Below, piece after piece: positions 17,411-26,037 of a stretch of DNA of 64,000 bases (positions are counted from its first letter, which is position 1; each line of letters begins with the position of its first letter). Position numbers and translations under genes: made by a program. The stretch comes from a bacterium. GTDB lineage: Bacteria; Patescibacteriota; Minisyncoccia; JACQLN01. Under the pieces are notes generated by a model that did not search any database, was not told the origin of the DNA, and worked only from the letters and a program-made list of their open reading frames with translations. The stretch covers positions 211,334 through 275,333 of the forward strand of contig JAUYOV010000004.1 of the NCBI GenBank assembly GCA_030697795.1, written 5' to 3'.

Positions 17411-18678
17411 AATTTTAATATCCCTTCAAAGCCTGTCTTGTCCTTAAGCGGGCCAATTACGGCCAAGTTGAGATTCTTGTTTTGGAAGATATCTTCGGCG
17501 ACATTTTTTACATCAGCCAAAGTAACCTTGTCCATCATACTGAACTTTTGTTCAACTGTCAATATATCGTTGGTTAGTACCTCCTGAAGGCCGAAAAATG
17601 AGGCTAAATCATCGGAAGCTTCTAGCCCCAACAAAGTTCCGCCTCTTATAAAATCCTTAGCCTTTTGGAGCTCTTTTTCTTCTACTCCATTGGCTTTTAC
17701 CTTTTTAAGTTCGGCCATTATGGCTTCTACAGCTTCGTATACTCTAGTCGTATCAACTCCAGAACTTACTTCGAAGTAACCATGATCCAAAGAAAGTGTG
17801 GACGAGGCGCGAATGTAATAACCCAAACCAAGTTCGTCGCGAATTCTAATAAATAATCTAGAAGACATGCCTCCGCCCAAAATTGTAGCGAGCAACCCCA
17901 AAGCCCAACGGCGCGGATCAAACATATTATAAGCCCGCACGCCTAAAATCAAATGGCATTGATCGGTGTCCTTATAAAAAACTTTTATTTGGGGCGCATC
18001 TTGAGATTCCACGCAGGGCAATGGTTTGGGCACATCGCCTTCTTTTACCGCACTAAAATATTTTTGCACTTTGGTTTTGGCGTCTTCCGCGGTAATGTTA
18101 CCTGCCACCACCACGACCACGCCTTTGGAACGATAATGCTTAGCCATATAATCTATAAAGTGCTGGCGGTTAATGGAACGAATAACTTCTTTTCGGCCGG
18201 CAATATCCCAACCCGCCGGCTGATCGCCATATAATAATTCTTCAAATAAGTCACCGACTTTACGCGTCGGCGTATCCTCGTACATATCTATTTCGCCAAT
18301 AATTACACCTCGTTCTTTTTCTATTTCTTCTTGCGGAATTTTAGAATTTAAAAATATATCGCTTACCACATCAAAGGCGAGATCGGAATGTTTTGAATCA
18401 ACTTTGACCCAGTAACCCGTTAATTCTTTATCTGTAAAAGCATTGTAAGCCGCGCCCACCGCATCCAGTTCGTGCGCAATATCCGATTTGCCCGGACGCT
18501 TGGTCGTGCCTTTAAAAAACATATGTTCTAAAAAGTGCGAGATGCCGTTTATATCTTTAGTTTCGTACCTAGAACCTGTGCCGGCTAAAACCAGCAAGGT
18601 TAAAGTTTGCGTGCCTTGCATTGGCACATAAATCGCTCTTAAGCCATTCGGCCAAACATCTTTTATAAAGTTATGCAT
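17407..18678 (-). CDS. M16-family (pitrilysin-like) zinc peptidase
   Basis: Inverted zinc motif HFLEH...E in GISHFLEHMFFKGT. Confidence 0.8.
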   Translation of the reverse strand: MHNFIKDVWPNGLRAIYVPMQGTQTLTLLVLAGTGSRYETKDINGISHFLEHMFFKGTTKRPGKSDIAHELDAVGAAYNAFTDKELTGYWVKVDSKHSDLAFDVVSDIFLNSKIPQEEIEKERGVIIGEIDMYEDTPTRKVGDLFEELLYGDQPAGWDIAGRKEVIRSINRQHFIDYMAKHYRSKGVVVVVAGNITAEDAKTKVQKYFSAVKEGDVPKPLPCVESQDAPQIKVFYKDTDQCHLILGVRAYNMFDPRRWALGLLATILGGGMSSRLFIRIRDELGLGYYIRASSTLSLDHGYFEVSSGVDTTRVYEAVEAIMAELKKVKANGVEEKELQKAKDFIRGGTLLGLEASDDLASFFGLQEVLTNDILTVEQKFSMMDKVTLADVKNVAEDIFQNKNLNLAVIGPLKDKTGFEGILKF

Positions 18679-18712
18679 AATTTGTTTTTTAAAATTATAT
18701 TTAAACTATATC

Positions 18713-19621
18713 TTAAAAATAGAATAGCAGTTTTTGTTTTATATTAAAACCCTTACAATGCCTCAAAACTCCCAAATACGAATCTACATTTTTCTCATTA
18801 ATCTTTCTTAACATCCTTCTTTTTGTTTTAGTCCTCAAAACCCTATGGTTAGGCAAAACCACATAACCCAGAAAATCTATACCCTGCCTGTATTTACGAA
18901 TAATTATTTTGTCTGGATGCAAAAATAGCTTTAGATTCTCAAAAAGAAAAGTATTAATTTTGTAAGACAGATTTAATAAATAATATTTATTACTTCCTAA
19001 AATAACAAAATCATCGCAGTAACGAATATAATACTTTTCTTTTAAGTTATGTTTAACAAATTGGTCTAATTCGTTTAAATAAATATTGGCAAATAACTGG
19101 CTGGTTACATTGCCTAAGGGTAACCCTTTGTTAAAACTACCTATTATTTTCTCAACCAACCATACAGCATTATCGTCTTTGATCTTTAGTTGAATCAATT
19201 TAATTAGAGCATCTTGATCTATGGAATCAAAAAACTTTTTAATATCACACTTTAAAGCAAAAATAGTTTGGCTATTGTTTTGGCTTAACTTACGACAAAA
19301 AGTTTCTAGTCTTGTTACTGCTTTGTGTGTTCCTTTGCCTATTCGGCAAGAATAAGAATCAAACATAAAATGTCTATCGAATATTGGATATAAAACTCTA
19401 AAAACAGCTTGATGTAAAACCCTGTCGCGTACACAAGCTTTATGGATATGACGCAATTTTGGGTCGGTAACATAAAAAGGAATATACTGGCTGTGTTTAT
19501 ATGTTTTATTTTTTAATTCGCTATGCAGTTGAAACAGATTATCTTCTAGGTTAAAATCAAATTCTTGAACATCCAACCTTTTTCTTTTGCCTTTTTTAAA
19601 TTCGCGCCAAGCTAAAAACAA
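18713..19621 (-). CDS. DGR reverse transcriptase (RT1)
   Basis: Matches DGR RTs along its length. N-terminal LAWREFKKGKR. Motif 4 is LGNVTSQLFANIYL, the I/LGxxxSQ DGR hallmark. YxDD motif is YCDD. Confidence 0.85.
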   Translation of the reverse strand: MFLAWREFKKGKRKRLDVQEFDFNLEDNLFQLHSELKNKTYKHSQYIPFYVTDPKLRHIHKACVRDRVLHQAVFRVLYPIFDRHFMFDSYSCRIGKGTHKAVTRLETFCRKLSQNNSQTIFALKCDIKKFFDSIDQDALIKLIQLKIKDDNAVWLVEKIIGSFNKGLPLGNVTSQLFANIYLNELDQFVKHNLKEKYYIRYCDDFVILGSNKYYLLNLSYKINTFLFENLKLFLHPDKIIIRKYRQGIDFLGYVVLPNHRVLRTKTKRRMLRKINEKNVDSYLGVLRHCKGFNIKQKLLFYF

Positions 19622-20024
19622 GTTTTCTAAGCTAATAATTTTTTTAAAAATATTATGGAAAATTTCTCCATTAAAGCCCCCCCCCTACGGAGTTGAAATA
19701 TCGCTGGTGCATAAAATTTGTGAATTGTATAAATTATTCCACGAATGTTTGAAAATATTTCCCAAGACGGAACGATTTACTTTGGGCCAAAAAATTGAGA
19801 ACACCATTCTAGAAATTTTAGAACTAATCCTTTCAGCCAGTTACCAATCAAAATATGGAAAAAGTGAAACCTTAATAAGAGGTAGCGATAAAAATGACCT
19901 TCTAAAGTATCTTATCCGTCTTGCTCACGATACCAAATCAATCAATATAAAAAAATATCTATTAGTTGAGGAAAAGGTTTTAGAAATAGGTCGTATGTTA
20001 GGTGGCTGGATAAAATCCAACTAA
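19587..20024 (+). CDS. avd: Avd-like accessory variability determinant (four-helix-bundle family); true start probably near 19709-19718
   Basis: Paralogous to the two other Avd-like ORFs and shares the C-terminal IGRMLGGWI motif. Alignment to those paralogs places the N-terminus near VHKICELYK. Confidence 0.7.
   Translation: MPFLNSRQAKNKFSKLIIFLKILWKISPLKPPPYGVEISLVHKICELYKLFHECLKIFPKTERFTLGQKIENTILEILELILSASYQSKYGKSETLIRGSDKNDLLKYLIRLAHDTKSINIKKYLLVEEKVLEIGRMLGGWIKSN
19677..19686. repeat. Homopolymer C10 in the divergent RT1/avd1 promoter region
   Basis: 10 consecutive C, 56 bp upstream of the RT1 start codon and about 25-30 bp upstream of the likely avd1 start. Confidence 0.9.
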
Positions 20025-20055
20025 ACTTTGCAAAGAGCGCCTAAAAAATAAGGCG
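20024..20055 (+). terminator. Intrinsic terminator after avd1 (AGAGCGCC-loop-GGCGCTCT followed by a T-run)
   Basis: 9-bp GC stem and U-tract. Lies between avd1 and TR1. Confidence 0.5.
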
Positions 20056-20180
20056 CTCTTTTGTTTGGAAACTACCAGAGGACGACCAGCTATGTTGTCG
20101 TTGCGATTGCTAGACCAATTGTAGTTGACGTTGGCTAGACCACCGTTCTCACGGTTACCACCGTAAAGCCGGCTGGAGTC
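20054..20180 (-). repeat. DGR template repeat TR1 (AAC-rich on the minus strand)
   Basis: About 127 nt, nearly identical to 20491-20618. All 8 differences are A in TR1 versus C/T/G in VR1. TR1 encodes GGNRENGGLANVNYNWSSNRNDNIAGRPLV. Confidence 0.85.
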
Positions 20181-20431
20181 CTCAAATTTTTGCTTTAAAC
20201 CGTCCATAATCACCGAAAATCTAAATATAAATTTTCTGAAATCCGCATCCCACGGATAGTTTTTTACTCGGCAACTCTTAAATAATCTAAGAATACCCGA
20301 TCTAGTTTAAAGCAAGGAGTTTCGTTATTTCCTGTTTTAAACAGGAGAGTAAATGCGAGAATAAACCTTAGTCTATTCTTCATTAGCTTTACTCAAGGAA
20401 AATTTTACCAAATTTGTGAAAATAAAAAAAT

Positions 20432-20451
20432 CCCCCAACTTACGTTGGGGG
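20432..20451 (-). promoter_or_regulatory. GC-rich hairpin (CCCCCAAC-GTAA-GTTGGGGG) about 40 bp downstream of VR1
   Basis: 8-bp stem with a GNRA-type loop on the target strand. Confidence 0.4.
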
Positions 20452-20486
20452 AAAATCCAAGGGCCAAAGCCCAAGGGGAAAAGAAC

Positions 20487-21320
20487 CTACTTTGCGAAAC
20501 TCACCAGAGGACGACCAGCTATGCTGCCGCTGCGATTGCTAGACCAATCGTAGTTGACGTAGGCTAGACCACCGTACTCACGGTGACCACCGTAAAGCCG
20601 GCTGGAGTCCTCAAACTTATCGTCGAACCACTCCCACATATTGAATCGGCCGCGATTGCTGTCGTAGAGATTGCCAATGGCATTGGACTCTACAGCCCGC
20701 TCCAACCGAACCTGTTCGGGTTTGAAACCGAATGCTTCGGCGATAGCAGGACAAACCACATCTCGCCATTCATCGTTGGTAATGGCAAAACGAGAGCCCG
20801 AAGGAGTATTATCGTGTTTGCCGATTTTTCCTTCTTCGCGCAATTTACTGATGATTAGCGCGAGAGGGTCATTGGAAAATACTTGCGTGCCGTCGGTGTA
20901 ATTCACACCGACGGTGAAATCAGCTAGATACCAACCTCTGTAGAGTTTGGCACTGTCGGGGGCGAGCTTGCCTTCCCCGATTTTCTGGTAGAACCATTTT
21001 TCAGGTTTTACCCAATTCTTGAGCTTGCAATTCTCGCCAATTCCTTCCATCGGCAGATATACCGGCCTGAAGTCGAACCCAGCCCACTTGGCCAAGTTCT
21101 CTTCGGTGAATTCGGGAGGCAGAGGATCAACATCCACACGGAAGAACTTTTGAAGCTTCTTCTGTGTTGCCTCCACTAAAGCTACCAGCAAAGACACTAT
21201 GCGATGTTCGTTGAAAGCTTTAACACTTTCCAAAGTGTGACTGCCGTCATCTATCTGACGGAAAAAATCTTTGAGCACGCCGGACCACGCCGACATCTCA
21301 CCGACTGGGGCATTAGCCAT
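20487..21320 (-). CDS. DGR target protein 1 (FGE/C-type-lectin-like C-terminal variable domain); GC-rich
   Basis: VR1 lies at the C-terminus. The pattern WEWFDD...RLYGG...GRPLV resembles FGE-type CLec folds. Strong SD AGGAGA upstream. Confidence 0.75.
   Translation of the reverse strand: MANAPVGEMSAWSGVLKDFFRQIDDGSHTLESVKAFNEHRIVSLLVALVEATQKKLQKFFRVDVDPLPPEFTEENLAKWAGFDFRPVYLPMEGIGENCKLKNWVKPEKWFYQKIGEGKLAPDSAKLYRGWYLADFTVGVNYTDGTQVFSNDPLALIISKLREEGKIGKHDNTPSGSRFAITNDEWRDVVCPAIAEAFGFKPEQVRLERAVESNAIGNLYDSNRGRFNMWEWFDDKFEDSSRLYGGHREYGGLAYVNYDWSSNRSGSIAGRPLVSFAK
20491..20618 (-). repeat. DGR variable repeat VR1 (3-prime end of target 1)
   Basis: Encodes GGHREYGGLAYVNYDWSSNRSGSIAGRPLV at the C-terminus of the 277-aa ORF. 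Confidence 0.85.
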
Positions 21321-21478
21321 AGCCAGTTTCTCCTGTGATTAAAAGGTTTTAAGAGTACAATTTAGGCTCTATTTGAGCTTGATAACATAATAGCAGTTAT
21401 TGTATCTTGTGTCAAATTGACTTGGTTGTAAACAAACTAAGAATATACTACTATTCAGTTACTAGTCCTTAGGGTTCC

Positions 21479-21511
21479 GAGATCCCGCTCCGTTATGGAG
21501 CGGGATCGAGT
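21479..21511 (-). terminator. Hairpin terminator downstream of glyQS (GATCCCGCTCC-loop-GGAGCGGGATC)
   Basis: 11-bp GC stem 20 bp after the glyQS stop. Confidence 0.5.
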
Positions 21512-21530
21512 CTTTTGTGCGAGATTGTTT

Positions 21531-22931
21531 TTAACTATAAATTTTGTCTGAAAGATAATTTTGTAATTCCGAAATTTTTATTCTTTCTTGTGTAGTGGTA
21601 TCCCTATCCCGAACCGTTACTGTTTCATCTTCCAAAGTTTGAAAATCTACAGTTATACAGTAAGGTGTACCAATTTCATCTTGGCTGTAATAACGTTTAC
21701 CAACATTACCGCGATCATCCCAAGCTACCACAAATTCTTTTTTCAAACCCACATAAACTTTTCTAGCCGCCTCCACAAGTTCTGGTTTATTTTTCATTAA
21801 AGGAAACACCGCAACTTTGTAAGGCGCTATTTTTGGGCTTAATTTTAAAACAGTGCGAGATGAATCAGTATCGTCGTAAGCGCTACATAGAATAGCAAGT
21901 AACGATCTATCTACTCCCCACGTTGGCTCTATAACATGTGGCCAATATTCTTCGCCGCTAGATGTACCATCTCCTTGTTCACGATATTTTAAATTTTGCC
22001 CAGAGCCTTTTTCATGATTTTTTAAATCAAAATCGGTGCGGTAAGCCAAACCATAAAGTTCTTTTCGGCCAAAAGGGAAATCAAATTCAAAATCTATGGT
22101 GCGTTTAGAATAATGAGCCCTGTCTTCGGCTGGAATTTCTATTTCGTGCACGTGTTTTAAATCTATGCCGACATCTTCCATCCAACCTAGCATTTCTTTC
22201 CGCCAATGTTCAAAATTTTCTTGCCAAGTATCTTTTTTAATAAAATATTCAATTTCCATTTGTTCAAATTCGCGCGTTCTAAAAATAAAGTTCCCTGGTG
22301 TAATTTCATTTCTAAAAGCTTTACCAATTTGAGCAATACCAAACGGAATTGTTTTACGGGTTGTATCTAAAACATTTTTAAAGTTAACGAACATGGCTTG
22401 CGCCGTTTCGGGCCGAAAGTAAACCGTATTAGAGCTATCTTCGGCTGGACCAAGAAAAGTTTTTAACATCAAATTAAATTGCTTAGGTTCAGCAAGATTT
22501 CCTCCACAGTTTGAACATTTATTTTTGTTTTGTAATTTGGTATTTGTTTCGGATTTCGAATTTCGTGCTTCGGATTTATCATGTTCATCTACCCTAAACC
22601 TTGAGTGACACTTAACACATTCTGCTAATGGATCGTTAAAATTTGAAAGATGCCCACTAGCCTCCCAAACTTTCGGATTCATTATTAAAGCAGCATCTAA
22701 ACCAACCATATCGTCGCGACCATGCACAAATTTTTTCCACCACAACTGTTTTATATTATTTTTTAATTCCACGCCTAAAGGCCCGTAATCCCAGCTATTA
22801 GCCAAACCACCATAAATTTCGCTCCCAGGATAAACAAATCCTCGGCGCTTACATAAAGATACAATTTTATCTATAGAATCTACCATAAGAATACTATAAC
22901 AATTTGATAGCTTGTGAGCAAAAAAAATCAC
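21531..22931 (-). CDS. glyQS: Glycyl-tRNA synthetase (dimeric GlyQS type) with Cys-rich insertion
   Basis: Class II motifs and the GlyRS N-terminus GFVYPGSEIYGGLANSWDYGPLG. Insertion containing CVKCH...CSNCGG. Confidence 0.9.
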   Translation of the reverse strand: MIFFAHKLSNCYSILMVDSIDKIVSLCKRRGFVYPGSEIYGGLANSWDYGPLGVELKNNIKQLWWKKFVHGRDDMVGLDAALIMNPKVWEASGHLSNFNDPLAECVKCHSRFRVDEHDKSEARNSKSETNTKLQNKNKCSNCGGNLAEPKQFNLMLKTFLGPAEDSSNTVYFRPETAQAMFVNFKNVLDTTRKTIPFGIAQIGKAFRNEITPGNFIFRTREFEQMEIEYFIKKDTWQENFEHWRKEMLGWMEDVGIDLKHVHEIEIPAEDRAHYSKRTIDFEFDFPFGRKELYGLAYRTDFDLKNHEKGSGQNLKYREQGDGTSSGEEYWPHVIEPTWGVDRSLLAILCSAYDDTDSSRTVLKLSPKIAPYKVAVFPLMKNKPELVEAARKVYVGLKKEFVVAWDDRGNVGKRYYSQDEIGTPYCITVDFQTLEDETVTVRDRDTTTQERIKISELQNYLSDKIYS

Positions 22932-22953
22932 CCGATATTCTTTCGGGTGATAG

Positions 22954-23418
22954 CTATATAGTCGATACTTCTACTATTTGGCTTTCTAAAACTATGTTTA
23001 TATCCTTAAAAAGAACATGCCCTTTAAATTTCTTACCTTCTAAAAATATAGGAAACCATAACTTATCGGCAGGCCACATAGATTCAAATGGAATTTTATT
23101 TATATTAAACCATTCTGGCTTCATCTCATCACTTTCAACCATTTCCCCGCTAAAATCTTTTACACAGAAAATATGAACCTCGAGAGTTTCTGGATTACCT
23201 TCGAATTCAAAATCCATAATACCAACTTTTTCCAAGGCACCAACAACAATTCCCGATTCTTCTTGCATTTCTCTTTGAGCTGCAACTTCGATAGTTTCTC
23301 CTTCCTTAACCTTTCCACCAAACCCATTCCATCTGCCAGCACCAAAACCTCGCTTTTTCATGCCGAGTAAAACCTGCTGATTTTTATAAGGAACACATAA
23401 AGTATAAATCTTCTTCAT
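22954..23418 (-). CDS. NUDIX hydrolase (MutT-like)
   Basis: Nudix box GGKVKEGETIEVAAQREMQEESGI. Confidence 0.75.
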   Translation of the reverse strand: MKKIYTLCVPYKNQQVLLGMKKRGFGAGRWNGFGGKVKEGETIEVAAQREMQEESGIVVGALEKVGIMDFEFEGNPETLEVHIFCVKDFSGEMVESDEMKPEWFNINKIPFESMWPADKLWFPIFLEGKKFKGHVLFKDINIVLESQIVEVSTI

Positions 23419-23458
23419 ATTTCACTCTCCTCTATAAAAAGTACACCGTATAAATTTT

Positions 23459-23911
23459 TTATCCCAAAAACAAACCATCGATAACTTTACTTCCCCGCTT
23501 TACTTCTATAAAAGCGGACCTATGCTTAGATTCATCAAACACTACACCAAAGCGCGGAAAAATACCTTCTCTGCCCAGGATCCTAGGGATGGCGGGGTTA
23601 TCCATTACAATCGCTGGCGCCTTGAATAATAAATTGTCAATCTTAAATTTAATATAGCAACGGTGACCCATAAGTGTCTCGTCTCCGATTCCTCTAACCA
23701 TAATCCTTTCACTATCGCTCAAATCCAAGCCTAGCGCGGCGGCGTCGCCAGAAGGGATAACAGTTGTAGTAGCTCCAGAATCAATATAAAAAATAGCGCG
23801 TAGGCACATTGTCCCAGACCCGCAAATTGAAAGTTCCACCGCAGGAAATGCCTCAATTCGCCCATTCTCGCGGAAACGAACCCCATAAGGAAAGACATGC
23901 AGAGATTTCAT
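23459..23911 (-). CDS. Retropepsin-like (clan AA) aspartic protease
   Basis: Active-site motif IDSGATTTVIP (D-S-G-A). 150 aa. Confidence 0.55.
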   Translation of the reverse strand: MKSLHVFPYGVRFRENGRIEAFPAVELSICGSGTMCLRAIFYIDSGATTTVIPSGDAAALGLDLSDSERIMVRGIGDETLMGHRCYIKFKIDNLLFKAPAIVMDNPAIPRILGREGIFPRFGVVFDESKHRSAFIEVKRGSKVIDGLFLG

Positions 23912-24114
23912 AAGCGATACACCACCATCAAACTTTTGGGTACACTGACAAGAAGAATGTCCTGAATACGAACCTTAGGCAATTGCTGTCTAGCCTTTTC
24001 TATAACCTCACTTGTATTGATACCGGAGGCAACTATTTTACCTCCAAAAATAGCCACTTGCTGTCCGCCATATTTTTTAATATCTATAACAGGCAATTTT
24101 GTCGATTTTCTCAT
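23908..24114 (-). CDS. Small hypothetical protein coupled to the aspartic protease gene
   Basis: 68 aa, 4-nt overlap with the downstream gene. No recognised family. Confidence 0.3.
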   Translation of the reverse strand: MRKSTKLPVIDIKKYGGQQVAIFGGKIVASGINTSEVIEKARQQLPKVRIQDILLVSVPKSLMVVYRL

Positions 24115-24156
24115 AAGTTTTATTATTGCTTATTATTGCATAGATATGATAAAAAA

Positions 24157-25542
24157 TCAATCTCCACCTTTAGTCTCTAAGATCAAACTTTGACTAGAAA
24201 ATATTCTGTCAACCGCCAGGCCTTCGGGTTTAGTAGTAGATTCTATAGTAACCGTGACTGGTAACTTAGCGCCACTAGACACACTATCTTTTACTTTAAT
24301 TTTTAGCGTTATTTCTTTTTTTTCCAGGGGCTCTAGGCCAAAAAGATTGGAAGTGTTATCGCGGTTTAAAATTACGGTTTTAGAAGCAGAATCTAAACCA
24401 GTGCTTGGTTGCACCGAAGTTAAATTAAAACTATCACTATCAAACTTAACTTTTAAGGTTAAATTAGCCAGTGGAATATCTAAATTATTTTGATAACCAA
24501 TTTTATATGTAATCGTCTCACTCGCGCGCGCTGAAGTTATGCCGTCGGGGCTAGTATTTATAAACAAAGCCAAAGGCGCCATAATAAGTTTAACTGTGCC
24601 GCTGGCTTCTTTATATGTTTTCCAACTTGTGCCCTCCGCGCCTTCAACCAAAGCCCTAAAAACCTTGCCTTCACCTTCTAAACCCGTAACCACGCCTTTA
24701 ATAGTTAGGGTTTTTTCTTCTTGAGGCAAAACAGAATCTAGTCTCCAAACATTATTAAATTCAGAAAGTTTTTCCGAAGATTCTATTAGCCTAAAACCGG
24801 CTGGTGACTCCAAACGCAGTCTTAAGTTATTAAAAGCAACTTCGCCTTCGTTTTTTAATTTAAATTTAACCTCTACGTTTTCGCCCGAAATGGTCTCGGC
24901 GGAGGATTCCACGTTTAAACTTACTGGAAAAGAAGAAATTTTTATAGAGGCCGTAGCCATAGATTGAAAAACAATGGTGCCGGCCGAAGGCTTAAAATTA
25001 AAAACTGCCTGTGCCTTTCTTTCAAAATTATCACCGCCAAAAACAACTGCTTTGAACTCTCTTTCATAAAGACCGCTGGGCTTAAGTTCGGGAATATTGA
25101 TAGTTTGCTTTAAAATACTTTGTTTAAATTGATCAGCTTCAGCGGTAGAAATTACCGGCTGCGAAAAATCTGGAAACTGAAAAGTTAAAATACCATCTTT
25201 TAATTCGGTTTCGTTTTTATTAACCAATCGCAATTTCCAAGTAACAGTTTCGCCCGCACTAACTTCGGCCGGTGCATTTATTTTAATTTCTATACGATCT
25301 TTTCTAAAAGCATAAAAACCACGAAAGAAAACATAAACTGCCACAGTTACTGCCAGCAAAAAGAAAACACCCGCGCCTAGAAATATTTTTTTCCAAATAG
25401 CCGGCGAAGGAGTTGTATCTTCTACTGTTGGCGGAGGCACAATAGGCTCTTCTATAGGAATAGCGATATTTTCAACCGGTGGTAAAGTCGGTTTTTCTTC
25501 GGTATAAAGCTTTTTTTGTAGTTCTTCTAAATTATCTGCCAT
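24157..25542 (-). CDS. Single-pass membrane-anchored protein with extracytoplasmic beta-sandwich (DUF11/CARDB-like) repeats
   Basis: Pro-rich N-terminus, one TM (IFLGAGVFFLLAVTVAVYVFF), then about 380 aa of beta-rich repeats. Confidence 0.4.
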   Translation of the reverse strand: MADNLEELQKKLYTEEKPTLPPVENIAIPIEEPIVPPPTVEDTTPSPAIWKKIFLGAGVFFLLAVTVAVYVFFRGFYAFRKDRIEIKINAPAEVSAGETVTWKLRLVNKNETELKDGILTFQFPDFSQPVISTAEADQFKQSILKQTINIPELKPSGLYEREFKAVVFGGDNFERKAQAVFNFKPSAGTIVFQSMATASIKISSFPVSLNVESSAETISGENVEVKFKLKNEGEVAFNNLRLRLESPAGFRLIESSEKLSEFNNVWRLDSVLPQEEKTLTIKGVVTGLEGEGKVFRALVEGAEGTSWKTYKEASGTVKLIMAPLALFINTSPDGITSARASETITYKIGYQNNLDIPLANLTLKVKFDSDSFNLTSVQPSTGLDSASKTVILNRDNTSNLFGLEPLEKKEITLKIKVKDSVSSGAKLPVTVTIESTTKPEGLAVDRIFSSQSLILETKGGD

Positions 25543-25870
25543 ATAGATGAATTGTATCGTAACAAGAGAAAAATATCACGCTAAAGGAATGTTATAATAT
25601 TCATATCCTGCTAATGCAGTTTGAACCATGGTTCAAACTCGCGGGATATCTCATTTTTGCCTTTCCGCCAAAGCTTTACGGGCGGTAAAAGAATCGCCAG
25701 AGTATTAAACCTTACGGGGTTTAATAGCGTGCGAACTAAAATGGAGATGGAACTTCTTGCTTGTTTTTGGTGGAGATTCCGCCAAAGGCGGATGCTCCCA
25801 AGTAAAATTCAGGAAAGAAGAAACATAAATTTCATACTTTCCGGTGATATTGGATGGAAACAAGCAAAAT

Positions 25871-25992
25871 CTTGACTCCGATGGCAACCGCGTTAGCGTC
25901 GGCAACTTCGATCAGAACGGCCTCAACATCAACAACAACTGGGACGATAACCGCAACGACAATCTTGGCCTGGCCTCCTCTCGAACTTCCAT
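25871..25992 (+). repeat. DGR template repeat TR2 (AAC-rich on the plus strand, non-coding location)
   Basis: Matches the reverse complement of 27629-27749. Encodes VGNFDQNGLNINNNWDDNRNDNLGLASSR, versus VR2 VGDFDRFGLYFDYDHDDNRYDSLGLASSR. Confidence 0.75.
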
Positions 25993-26002
25993 CTGCAACC
26001 AT

Positions 26003-26026
26003 AAAACCCTCCTTTAGGAGGGTTTT
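26003..26026. terminator. Bidirectional hairpin AAAACCCTCC-TTTA-GGAGGGTTTT between TR2 and the avd2 stop
   Basis: 10-bp stem flanked by A/T runs on both sides. Confidence 0.5.
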
Positions 26027-26037
26027 ATGGTTTTGCA

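Larger units (their letters stand above)
18713..21320 (-). mobile_element. DGR cassette 1. Order on the minus strand: target with VR1 - hairpin - TR1 - avd [inverted] - RT1
   Basis: RT with SQ motif, Avd-like gene and a TR/VR pair whose 8 mismatches are all at TR adenines. Confidence 0.85.

Noticed and set aside
18713-19621. Group II intron or retron interpretation of the three RT genes
   Set aside because: No intron RNA domains (no domain V/VI consensus flanking the RTs) and no maturase/endonuclease extension. The proteins are about 300-330 aa and carry the DGR-specific SQ motif, with Avd and TR/VR partners.
19998-20213. 71-aa minus-strand ORF resembling the C-terminus of the 277-aa protein
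   Set aside because: It is the DGR template repeat (TR1) read in the target frame. It is AAC-rich, lacks the rest of the protein and has no RBS, so it is not a gene.
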